This document shows positions 8,655 to 17,721 of a stretch of DNA of 48,221 bases, piece after piece. The position numbers and the translations under genes were made by a program. The stretch covers positions 1 through 48,221 of the forward strand of contig JBMFSQ010000009.1 of the NCBI GenBank assembly GCA_049967475.1. The letters run 5' to 3'. Numbering within the stretch: position 1 is the stretch's first letter; every line of letters begins with the position of its first letter. This stretch comes from Chthonomonadales bacterium. GTDB lineage: Bacteria; Armatimonadota; Chthonomonadetes; Chthonomonadales; CAJBBX01. The notes beneath the pieces are model-generated. The model did not search any database. It saw only the letters and a program-made list of their open reading frames with translations, and was not told the origin of the DNA.

Positions 8655-11600
8655 CTACATCAAATCCGCCAACCTCAACGGTTTCACTTGCTCCACCTGC
8701 AGAGACACCCCCGCGCCGCGCCGCTGAATGCGCCCGCCGGCGATGACCGCCGCAGAAGTCAGAAGGACCGGCGTAGCCTGGTCCAGCACATCGCCAAAGA
8801 CTGCCGCCTGCAGCATGCCTGTTTCATCCTCGATGAGCGTGAAGAGCACAGGATTGCCGCTGACCGTCGGCGGGCGGTGCGGTCGGATATTCAGACCCGC
8901 CACCATCACACATCCTCCGCCGGGCTGCCTCATTGCCTCACGCACTGTAAGGACCGATTGGCGGGCCAAATGCGGCCGCAACAGTGCCAGCACGTGGCTC
9001 TCGGCGCATACACCCGTGATGCGCCACGTCCACAGAAACTTCTCCCACGCGCTGAAGTCCTCCAGATCCCAGGCCACAGGAGTAGGCGCTTCCGTAGGGG
9101 GCTCCAAATCCATGGCAAGTCCGCCGCTTTGCGCTCTATAACTCGCAGCAAGGCCAATGGTATCCTCCAATCGCCACAATAGGCCCCGCCGGTGCGGATG
9201 GAGGCCATCAAAGGCGCCACAGAGGATCAGGTTCTCCAGCCGATCCCGATGCAACGGTACGCGCATGCCGAAGTCCAGGAGAGACGCGAAGGGGCGCAGG
9301 GTCCGCGCCTCGAGGATTGCGGCGATATCCTCCGCCGTGAGGCCGCTTACCAGCCGAAATCCCAAACGGATCGCCGGTTGAGCAGCGTGGCCGAAGCGGC
9401 AAGGAATGCACTTGTCTTCACTGTGATTGATCTCCACGGGTAAAATGCGCACACCCCTCCGGCGCGCCTCTGCGGCAAGCGTATTGGGCGGATAGAAGCC
9501 CATCGGCTGGTGGTTCATGAGACCCGCATAGTATTCCGCCGGATAGTGCGCCGAAAGATATGCGGTGCGATACCCAGTAAGGGCGAAGCTGGCGGCGTGC
9601 CCCTCCGTAAAGCCGTATCCCGCCCATCCCTGGATCTGGTCGAAGAGTAGGTGAGCCCGATCTTCTCCCAACTCAGGATGGCGGGTACACGCCTTCCCCA
9701 CAAACTCTGCCCGAAGCCGATCCATATCGCCCATCTTCGCGTGCCGGCTGATGCTTTTGCGAAATCGGTCCGCCTCGGCCTCGGTGCACCCGGTCATCTG
9801 CGCCACAACCTGCACCACCTGTTCCTGAAAGACGATGCATCCGTAGGTCTTGGCAAGGATGGGCGCGAGGCATGGGTGCAGAGTGTCGGCCCGCATCCAT
9901 CCGTTGCGGCAGGCCACGAAGCGCTGCACCACTCGCCCCTGAATAGGCCCAGGGCGGATGAGCGCCACAGACGCTACAAGATCCTCGAAGTTCCGAGGAT
10001 GCAGGGTAACTGCAAGCGCCAGTTGAGCGGCGCTCTCGAACTGGAACGTACCGACCGCCTTGCCGGCCCGAAGCATCTGAAAGGTTCGCCCGTCTTCGTA
10101 AGGAATGGCATCCACCGATGCACCTTGCGGGCGCAATGCCGCATCCGCATCTGCCATCGCGGAAAGAGTGCGAAGAGAAAGCACGTCCAACTTCATCGCC
10201 CCCAGTTCCTCGGCATCATCCTTATCCAGCTCCCAGATGCGCGTAATGCCGCGAGCCGAACCCCTAAGCGGAGCGATGGTGTAGAGAGGAACACGACTGA
10301 TGACAACACCCGAGGAATGGCTGCCGATATGCCTGGGAAAGCCTGCGATGCGCCGGCAAAGATCGAACAACACGCGGAAGCGAGGAATGAGGGATGCGTG
10401 AGGACGCAGCTCGGCGTATCTGCTGAAAGCCTCCTCGATGGCGTCCGCACTCACGAAATGCGATAGGTGATCACTGAGCCAGGCCAAAACCTCCTGCGGC
10501 AGCCCAAGGACCTTCCCCACATCCCTCACAGCGGACTTGGCCCAGAACGTGCTGAAGATGCATACGGAGGCAGCATGGTCCTCTCCGTAGCGCTGAATAA
10601 TGTACCGGAAGACCTCGTCCCTGCGATCCGATGGAAAATCCAAATCAATATCCGGTGTCTTGCCGGGCGCAAGGAAGCGCGCGAAGGGAAGGTTCCGGCG
10701 GATTACATCCACATCGGTGAGGGAAAGGCAGAAGGCGACGCAGCTATCGGCGGCCGAGCCTCGGCCCGTGCACCGGATGGACTGCCTGCGGGCCCATCGC
10801 GCTAACTCCCAGCACATAAGGAAATAGTCGGCGTATCCCAATTCGCATATGATGCGCAGTTCGTGCTCGATGCGGTCGCGGACGGCCGCGGTTACCTTCC
10901 CGTAGCGGGCTCGTGCTCCCCGGTAGGTGAGGGTCCTCAAATACTGCGCAGCAGACCCCATCCCCTCGGGCACCGGGAAGCGCGGGGTGACATCCGAAGC
11001 GTCGGGAAGCGCCGTGGAACACTGCTCCGCAATCTTCCACGTAGCGGTAAGAGCATCCCGGCGCCAGGCGAAGAGAGCAGCCATCTCCTGGGGCGGCTTG
11101 AGAAAGCGCTCTGCGTTGAGGGGGCGTTCGGAATGAACCTGGTCTATCGTGGTGCCGACTGCGATGCAGCGCAGAATGTCGTGGGCGGTAAAATCCCGCC
11201 GCTCCAGATGATGCACATTGTTGGTGGCTACAACCTGCAATCCCAAGGCATCCGCCAAGTCTGCCAGCTCGCGGCAGACACGTGCAGCATCCGGCGTAAG
11301 ATCATCCTGGAGTTCTATAAAGAAGCTGCGGCTGCCGAAGAGCGCACGCAGCCGTTGGGCTTGGGCGCGCGCCTGCTCGTAGCGATGGCCGCGCACCAAA
11401 GACGCAACGAGCCCCTTTCGGCAGCCGGAAAGGCAAAAGAGATCGTGCCCATCCTGTGGATGAGGAGCGCCTTCTGGAAGGGGCCGGGTCACGAGATCCT
11501 CCAGGCTCTCCCACGGAAGCCTCGGGGTTAGGCGCCCTCCGATGGCATAGGAAGAGGAGATGAGGGCGCACAGGCGCGCGTAACCGTGCCGGCTCCTTGC

Positions 11601-11840
11601 AAGGAGGGTGAGGTGGGATCCGTCTTCCATCGTGATTTCGGCGCCAAGGATCGGGCGGATGCCGTAGGCCGCACATTGGGCCGAGAACTTCACGGAGGCT
11701 GCAACTCCATCATGGTCCGTCATCGCCAGAGCCGGCATGCCCAGCTCTGCGGTACGGCGTACCAGGGTCTCGATGTCGCTGGCGCCATCCAAGAAGCTGT
11801 ACGGCGTATGGACGTGAAGATGGACGAAGGGCTGGTCCAT
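8655..11840 (-). CDS. dnaE2: error-prone DNA polymerase III alpha subunit (DnaE2/ImuC)
   Basis: PHP domain HLHVHTPYSFLDG/TDHDG, GRGSAADS, catalytic PDIDLDF and KLDVL, QPMGFY, C-terminal OB fold (RPHRPPT) without tau-binding tail; adjacent to imuB. Confidence 0.93.
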   Translation of the reverse strand: MDQPFVHLHVHTPYSFLDGASDIETLVRRTAELGMPALAMTDHDGVAASVKFSAQCAAYGIRPILGAEITMEDGSHLTLLARSRHGYARLCALISSSYAIGGRLTPRLPWESLEDLVTRPLPEGAPHPQDGHDLFCLSGCRKGLVASLVRGHRYEQARAQAQRLRALFGSRSFFIELQDDLTPDAARVCRELADLADALGLQVVATNNVHHLERRDFTAHDILRCIAVGTTIDQVHSERPLNAERFLKPPQEMAALFAWRRDALTATWKIAEQCSTALPDASDVTPRFPVPEGMGSAAQYLRTLTYRGARARYGKVTAAVRDRIEHELRIICELGYADYFLMCWELARWARRQSIRCTGRGSAADSCVAFCLSLTDVDVIRRNLPFARFLAPGKTPDIDLDFPSDRRDEVFRYIIQRYGEDHAASVCIFSTFWAKSAVRDVGKVLGLPQEVLAWLSDHLSHFVSADAIEEAFSRYAELRPHASLIPRFRVLFDLCRRIAGFPRHIGSHSSGVVISRVPLYTIAPLRGSARGITRIWELDKDDAEELGAMKLDVLSLRTLSAMADADAALRPQGASVDAIPYEDGRTFQMLRAGKAVGTFQFESAAQLALAVTLHPRNFEDLVASVALIRPGPIQGRVVQRFVACRNGWMRADTLHPCLAPILAKTYGCIVFQEQVVQVVAQMTGCTEAEADRFRKSISRHAKMGDMDRLRAEFVGKACTRHPELGEDRAHLLFDQIQGWAGYGFTEGHAASFALTGYRTAYLSAHYPAEYYAGLMNHQPMGFYPPNTLAAEARRRGVRILPVEINHSEDKCIPCRFGHAAQPAIRLGFRLVSGLTAEDIAAILEARTLRPFASLLDFGMRVPLHRDRLENLILCGAFDGLHPHRRGLLWRLEDTIGLAASYRAQSGGLAMDLEPPTEAPTPVAWDLEDFSAWEKFLWTWRITGVCAESHVLALLRPHLARQSVLTVREAMRQPGGGCVMVAGLNIRPHRPPTVSGNPVLFTLIEDETGMLQAAVFGDVLDQATPVLLTSAAVIAGGRIQRRGAGVSLQVEQVKPLRLADLM

Positions 11841-11988
11841 GGCTTTGCCTCAGGCCGGCGCGTCGCCAGGTGAAGGAGGCCCAGAGGGCGGGCCCTATCG
11901 GTTGGTGCCCGTAGCGGGAGCCCAGTCCCGTGTTGTTATTGTCGCACACTGCCGATTGGGAAGCAAGCCCCTGCGGGAGAAGCGCCTC

Positions 11989-12017
11989 TTGACAACCGCG
12001 CCAGATAGATGTATATT
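11989..12017 (+). promoter_or_regulatory. sigma70-type promoter of imuB (TTGACA-N17-TATATT)
   Basis: TTGACA 11989-11994, exactly 17 nt spacer, TATATT 12012-12017. Confidence 0.8.
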
Positions 12018-12037
12018 TGTCTACGCGTATACGTCTA
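12006..12037. promoter_or_regulatory. candidate repressor (SOS/LexA-like) operator overlapping the imuB -10
   Basis: TAGATGTATA-N12-TATACGTCTA (9/10 inverted repeat); also TAGAT-N8-GTCTA and a repeated GTCTAC. Confidence 0.5.
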
Positions 12038-12064
12038 CATATCCTTTACGTAGAAGGATACCCT

Positions 12065-13525
12065 ATGTGCGTCGCCTGCTTCCGCATGGATCAGTTCGGC
12101 ATCGCTGTAGAGCGCAGACGTTTCACCCATCTGCGGGGCCGGCCCCTAGCGCTGCATACCCCCGAGGGAAGCATCGTAGCCGTGTCTCATGAAGCCCAAT
12201 CTGCCGGCATCCGTCCTGGTCAAAGAACGAGTGGAGCGCGCGTCCTTTGTAGTGGACTGGTTCTTCTGCCCTACGACCGGCCTTATTACGAGGAAGCAGC
12301 GCATGCAGTATGGGATCTCCTCGCAGTGGAAAGCTCCACGGTGGAACCGGTGTGTCCCGAGGTATGTTACGCAGCACTCGAGGGAACAGACGTTCCTGCC
12401 CGGGCGCTTCGTCTGGCAGAAGAGCTTATGACCGTCACAGACGCTCCGGTGCGCGTAGGGGTAGCCTCTACCAAGTTCGTTGCGCGCTGGGCAGCTCTGG
12501 CTCCTCCTCCGCCGCAATCCCAAGAGCCTCTTTCGCCGGTAACCTGGGTACCCCCAGGATCAGAAGCCGCGTTTCTGGCCCCAATGCCTTTGGAACAGAT
12601 CGAGGAGCTTCCTCTTCCCATCCTAGCCCGTCTTCAGAAACTGGGGCTCCAGACCTTGGGGGATCTTTCCCATATCCCACCCGTAGAGCTCCAGCGTCAG
12701 GTGGGCAGCACCGCGCCCTTACTCCGTAGAATGATGGAGGGGCGTGTCGCCCAAAAGGTACGCCCTCTGTGGCCGCCCCGCAGCATCGAGCAGCGCGTTG
12801 CCTTTGATGAGGAAATCTCAGATCGGCCTGTGATGGAAGAGGCTCTACGCCGATGTGCCAGGGCAATCTCCAAACAGCTTCACAATTCGGGTGAAGGATG
12901 CCGCATGCTTACCCTCACCATCCAAATGGATGGCGGCAACTCCTTGCAGACATCCCAAAATCTCTCGGCCCTTGTACAGAAAGAAGATGTGTTACACCGC
13001 ACTGCACTACGCCTCCTCCAGCGCATCTCCATGGAACGCCCCGTTGTGGAAGTGAGGCTGCGCGCCTCAGGGATAGAAAAAGGAACGAGCATGCAGCTTG
13101 CGCTCCTAGATGAGAATGACTGCGCCCGCGGCCTGCCCCATGAACGCGATCAGTCTCTCCAAGCCGCCATGCGCTTCCTCATAAGGCGCTATGGTGCCCG
13201 TACCCTCTTTACTGCGGCATTGATGCGCCATACCTACCAGCAGGCAGGCCGCGCCCGCAAAATCGGGCTTTGGACCTACTCTCTAGGCCACCTGTTCGAT
13301 GAGCCCATAGAAGTAACCACGGATGATCATGGCGTACCGATCCGATTTCGATGGCGGGGGCGCTCTCACCAGATCAAGCACATCCAAAACCGATGGAAGG
13401 AAGCAGATTGGAACTGGGGAACCTTCTCTGAACGCACGGTCTACCGTGTCGAGATTGAACCCTGCGGCCTCACCGAACTCCACGCTGTGGGAAACTGCTG
13501 GCACCTCTATTCCGTAGCCGACTGA
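12065..13525 (+). CDS. imuB: catalytically inactive Y-family polymerase ImuB fused to C-terminal DUF6504-like domain
   Basis: Y-family fold (AVSHEAQSAGIRPG, VGVASTKFVA, LQKLGLQTLGDL) lacking catalytic acids (FRMDQF for HxDMDAF; VCPEVC for SIDEA). Clamp-binding-like QLALL; C-terminal PIRFRWRGR...W...YRV...W..AD. AGAAGGA RBS before ATG 12065. Confidence 0.88.
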   Translation: MCVACFRMDQFGIAVERRRFTHLRGRPLALHTPEGSIVAVSHEAQSAGIRPGQRTSGARVLCSGLVLLPYDRPYYEEAAHAVWDLLAVESSTVEPVCPEVCYAALEGTDVPARALRLAEELMTVTDAPVRVGVASTKFVARWAALAPPPPQSQEPLSPVTWVPPGSEAAFLAPMPLEQIEELPLPILARLQKLGLQTLGDLSHIPPVELQRQVGSTAPLLRRMMEGRVAQKVRPLWPPRSIEQRVAFDEEISDRPVMEEALRRCARAISKQLHNSGEGCRMLTLTIQMDGGNSLQTSQNLSALVQKEDVLHRTALRLLQRISMERPVVEVRLRASGIEKGTSMQLALLDENDCARGLPHERDQSLQAAMRFLIRRYGARTLFTAALMRHTYQQAGRARKIGLWTYSLGHLFDEPIEVTTDDHGVPIRFRWRGRSHQIKHIQNRWKEADWNWGTFSERTVYRVEIEPCGLTELHAVGNCWHLYSVAD

Positions 13526-13594
13526 CCCTCCCTCCCAATCGAGCAGTGAGGTATCCTGTTAGCAGCATCACCGCATGGGCTCGGAGGGAACCCG

Positions 13595-14512
13595 TTGCGC
13601 CTTCATATCCCAATCCTGTTCATACCCGCGTTGATCCTGACTGCCTGCGGCAAGCCGGCAGGCAACGCAGGCCACTCCAGCACATCCCAGAACATCCAGC
13701 CCATTGGGGACACCCTCACCTTCACCGTCGTGCCCTATGAAGCCGCCCAGAAGCTCAACGAAGAGTACACACCCATGGCCCAGTACCTTGCCCGCAAACT
13801 AGGGAAAAAGCAAGGCGTCTACGTGCCCGTGGTGGATTACGCCGGCGTCCTCGCGGCCCTCGAGTCCGGCCAGGTGGACGTGGCCTATCTCTCTTCCTTC
13901 CCCTATGCTCTGGCCACCAGCCGAATGAAGCTCTATCCCCTCGCCATGCCCTGGGTTCTGGGGAGCCTGGATTATCGCGGCATCATCTTCGTCCGCAAAG
14001 AGAGCCCCATCAAGACCATCCAAGACCTCAAAGGACATACGGTAGCTTTCGGAGATCCCACTTCCACTTCCGGATACCTCCTGCCCCGGGCCCTGCTGGA
14101 AAGAAGCGGCGTTCCCCTCACCTCCCTCAAACATTACTACAACGCAGGAGACGCCAACGTCGTCGTCAAAGCCGTAGAAACGGGAGCCGCAGACGCCGGG
14201 GCTGCCTATGAGTCCGTATTCCAGGTAGCCTACCGAGGGCATCCGGAAAAGGCTCAGTTGTTCCGCATTATTGCCCGCACGGAGCCGATCCCCAACGGTA
14301 TCTACGTGGCACGGGGAAACCTGGACCCGGCCGAGGTGGAGAAGCTCCGCAAAGCCTTCCTCGACATGAACACCGATCCGGAAGGCCGGGCCGCCATGTT
14401 GAAAGCACCAAACGACAAGATCGTCCCCGCCGACGATCATCTCTTCGACCATGTGCGGGACACTGCGCGCATCCTCAACCTCAATCTCGCGCAGCTCGAA
14501 AAGAAGAAGTAG
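13595..14512 (+). CDS. phnD: phosphate/phosphite/phosphonate ABC transporter substrate-binding lipoprotein
   Basis: TTG start after GGAGG; lipobox LTAC; DYAGVLAALESGQVDVA, FGDPTSTSGYLLP motifs. Confidence 0.88.
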   Translation: MRLHIPILFIPALILTACGKPAGNAGHSSTSQNIQPIGDTLTFTVVPYEAAQKLNEEYTPMAQYLARKLGKKQGVYVPVVDYAGVLAALESGQVDVAYLSSFPYALATSRMKLYPLAMPWVLGSLDYRGIIFVRKESPIKTIQDLKGHTVAFGDPTSTSGYLLPRALLERSGVPLTSLKHYYNAGDANVVVKAVETGAADAGAAYESVFQVAYRGHPEKAQLFRIIARTEPIPNGIYVARGNLDPAEVEKLRKAFLDMNTDPEGRAAMLKAPNDKIVPADDHLFDHVRDTARILNLNLAQLEKKK

Positions 14513-14551
14513 CGCGCACCCCGCTACCGCCGCATGAGGAGCTGCGCATCC

Positions 14552-15358
14552 ATGGCGCCGGATCTCGCGGACCCCGTTGTAGAACTTACCGACATAACCC
14601 ACTTTTACCGGGGAGAGCGCCCGGCGATAGACCGCGTGTCCCTCACCATAAGGCCAGGTGAACGGTTGGGGCTTGTGGGCATGTCCGGAGCCGGCAAGTC
14701 CACCCTTCTCCGAACGATCAACGGCCTCGTCCTCCCCACAACCGGGAACGTGCGGGTGCTTGGGCAGAATGTGCGCTCCTTGCCGGAGCGTGATCTCCGC
14801 ATCCTGCGCACCCAAATCGGCATGATCTTTCAGGAGTTTGCCCTCATCGAGCGCCTCGATGTGCTTACGAACGTCCTCGTAGGCCGGCTTGGACGCGCCG
14901 CCCTCCTCCCGAGCCTGGCCCGCATCTTCCCGCACCGCGACGTCGAATTGGCGCGGTCGGCCCTGGCGGAAGTAGGCCTCGCGGGATATGAACAACGGAT
15001 TGTTCGCCAGCTTTCCGGAGGACAAAAACAGCGCGTAGGCATCGCGAGGGCGCTTGTGCAAGAACCCAGCCTCATCCTTGCCGACGAACCCACGGCAAAC
15101 CTCGACGTCCGAACCTCAGAGGAGATCCTTCGCCTCATCGCAGCGGTTGCAGACCAGCGCCACGCAGCGGTAATCCTCTCTTTGCATGATGTCCGCGCCG
15201 CGCGCCGCATCTGCACACGCATCCTCGCTCTGCAGGAAGGACGCATCGTTTGGGAGGGCGAAGCCGCGGCCTTTACAGACAGCGTTGTGGACCGGGTGTT
15301 CTACGACACAGGCCAAGGGGAGAACGGATCCCTACAAACCATCCCACCCAGCGCATAG
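14552..15358 (+). CDS. phnC: phosphonate-type ABC transporter ATP-binding protein
   Basis: [72 protein letters not shown]. Confidence 0.9.
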   Translation: MAPDLADPVVELTDITHFYRGERPAIDRVSLTIRPGERLGLVGMSGAGKSTLLRTINGLVLPTTGNVRVLGQNVRSLPERDLRILRTQIGMIFQEFALIERLDVLTNVLVGRLGRAALLPSLARIFPHRDVELARSALAEVGLAGYEQRIVRQLSGGQKQRVGIARALVQEPSLILADEPTANLDVRTSEEILRLIAAVADQRHAAVILSLHDVRAARRICTRILALQEGRIVWEGEAAAFTDSVVDRVFYDTGQGENGSLQTIPPSA

Positions 15359-15593
15359 GGCGCCGAACCCGACCTTGTGCGCCAAACAATTCCTTCGCTC
15401 ATGATGCCCGCGCTAAGTTACGATGCAGGCGCCAGGCAGGACACACGCGGCCTTCCACCGAATAAGCAAGTGCGTCCTTTCACGCAAAGGATGACGCCGG
15501 TTCCGTCACCGGCAGGTGCCGAGGAACGGGCACCAGGATCGGACAAGGAACAGGGTCGCACCACGGAGAGCCCCCTAGGATAAGGAGAGAACG

Positions 15594-16079
15594 ATGCTCA
15601 TTACACAGCCGCTCGTAGACGCCATAAATGCCGAGATCGGCCGCGAACTCGAATCCTCGAACCAATATCTAGCCATCGCCACATTCATGGAAGAGAAGGC
15701 TCTGCGGCTGCTGGCAAAGCTCTTCTATGAGCAATCAGACGAAGAGCGCACCCATGCCCTCAAATTCGTCCACTATCTCTCGGATGTGGGCGGGGAGGTA
15801 CGCATACCGCCGATCCCCGCACCGGATACTGAATTCGACACAGTGGAAGCTGCCGTCAAGCATGCGTTGGACTGGGAGCTCACGGTAACCCGCCACATCA
15901 ACGATCTCATGGCTCTGGCCATTTCCGAACGCGATTACGCCGCCCAGGATTTCCTGCGATGGTTCGTGACTGAGCAAATTGAGGAAGTCCGCAAGATGGA
16001 GGACCTTCTCAAGATTACGAAGGCCGTTGGGGAACGGAATATCGCCATGGTAGAGGCGTACCTGGCACACAAGGAATAG
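15594..16079 (+). CDS. ferritin (non-heme)
   Basis: INAEIGRELESSNQY, QSDEERTHALKF, WELTVTRHIN, FLRWFVTEQIEE ferroxidase-centre pattern. Confidence 0.92.
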   Translation: MLITQPLVDAINAEIGRELESSNQYLAIATFMEEKALRLLAKLFYEQSDEERTHALKFVHYLSDVGGEVRIPPIPAPDTEFDTVEAAVKHALDWELTVTRHINDLMALAISERDYAAQDFLRWFVTEQIEEVRKMEDLLKITKAVGERNIAMVEAYLAHKE

Positions 16080-16115
16080 CCGTCGGCCCCTGCAGCGGCA
16101 TCTCCGGATACACCC

Positions 16116-17624
16116 GTGAGCACCAGAACCCACGAAGAGCTCGAGACCCTCATTCGGGCGCGGTATCCCATTATCTACGTCGTGTCTTGGGAGGAACAGC
16201 GCGTGGAGGAAGCCCTGCGCGCCATCGCCCGAGAACGCGACAAGATCCTCCATGTGTGGACGGTCACCCAGGGCTTCGCCGCCGCGTCCACCCCTCGTGA
16301 CCGCGCCACCCGAGAGCCCTTGGCAGCCCTCGATTACGTGCACAACTCGCCGCAGAAGGCGGTTTTCCTGCTGAAGGACTTCCACGCCTTCATTACGGAC
16401 TTCACCGTGGTGCGCAAGCTGCGGGACCTTACCCTCTCTTTGAAGAACAGTTACAAGAACCTCGTCATCCTCTCGCCTATCCTCAAATTGCCTCCGGAAC
16501 TCGAAAAGGAAATTACGGTTTTGGACTGGGCCCTGCCCGACTATGACGACCTCGGCCGCTTGCTCGATGAGATTATCCGATCGGTATCCGATGCACCCGG
16601 GGTGGACACGAACCTTACACCTGAAGAGCGCGAACACATCCTCAAGGCTGCCCAGGGTCTAACGGCCATGGAAGCAGAGAACGTCTTCGCTAAGTCTCTC
16701 GTTGAGAAGCGCACCTTCGACGTGAACGTGATCCTCTCAGAAAAGGAGCAGATCATCCGCAAATCCGGCATCCTGGAGTACTTTCCCGCCGACGAGCGCT
16801 TCGCCGATGTGGGCGGCCTGGACGTACTCAAAGATTGGATGCAGAAGCGTACGGCCGCATTTTCGGCCAGAGCCCGTGAGTTCGGCCTCCCGGAGCCCCG
16901 CGGCGTTCTCCTTCTTGGCGTACAGGGATGCGGCAAGAGCCTCACAGCCAAGGCCGTCGGAGCCCAATGGCGGCTTCCTCTGCTTCGTTTGGATGTAGGA
17001 AAAATCTTCGCAGGGCTCGTAGGATCCTCCGAGGAAAACATGCGCAAAGCCATCCGAGTAGCGGAATCCGTAGCGCCCTGCATCCTCTGGCTGGACGAGA
17101 TCGAGAAAGGCTTCTCGGGCATTCAATCTTCCGGCCAAACCGACGGAGGGACCACGGCGCGCGTCTTCAGCACCTTCCTCACCTGGCTCCAGGAGAAAAC
17201 AGTGCCCGTATTCGTGGTAGCTACCGCCAACCAGGCAGAGAGCCTTCCCCCGGAACTGCTGAGGAAGGGCCGCTTCGACGACATTTTCTTCATAGACCTC
17301 CCCACGCGTCAAGAGCGCGAAGAGATCTTCCGCATTCATCTACGCAAACGCAAGCGTGATCCCGCCAACTTCGATGTGGCCGCGCTCGCTCGAGCAACGC
17401 CAGGCTTCTCGGGAGCCGAGATCGAGCAAGCCGTTATCGAAGCACTGTACGATGCCTTCGATGCCGGGCGCGACGTAACCCTGGACGATTTGCTCCGGGC
17501 CTGCAGGGCTTCGGTGCCCCTCTCCACCACCATGCGCGAGAAGATCGCCTTCCTGCGGGATTGGGCCCAAACGCGGGCACGAAAAGCATCCTCCGCAGAG
17601 CCCGAGGCACTGCAGCAAGAGTAA
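16116..17624 (+). CDS. Ycf46-like AAA+ ATPase
   Basis: [45 protein letters not shown], Walker [24 protein letters not shown]. Confidence 0.92.
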   Translation: MSTRTHEELETLIRARYPIIYVVSWEEQRVEEALRAIARERDKILHVWTVTQGFAAASTPRDRATREPLAALDYVHNSPQKAVFLLKDFHAFITDFTVVRKLRDLTLSLKNSYKNLVILSPILKLPPELEKEITVLDWALPDYDDLGRLLDEIIRSVSDAPGVDTNLTPEEREHILKAAQGLTAMEAENVFAKSLVEKRTFDVNVILSEKEQIIRKSGILEYFPADERFADVGGLDVLKDWMQKRTAAFSARAREFGLPEPRGVLLLGVQGCGKSLTAKAVGAQWRLPLLRLDVGKIFAGLVGSSEENMRKAIRVAESVAPCILWLDEIEKGFSGIQSSGQTDGGTTARVFSTFLTWLQEKTVPVFVVATANQAESLPPELLRKGRFDDIFFIDLPTRQEREEIFRIHLRKRKRDPANFDVAALARATPGFSGAEIEQAVIEALYDAFDAGRDVTLDDLLRACRASVPLSTTMREKIAFLRDWAQTRARKASSAEPEALQQE

Positions 17625-17721
17625 GAGGTGGTGCGCCGGCTCGCCCCCACAACAGGAAGCGTCCGAGGTACAATAGCGCGTCGGTACTCCTTTTGCCGAC
17701 ACCTCCCGCAGGATTGATCCC

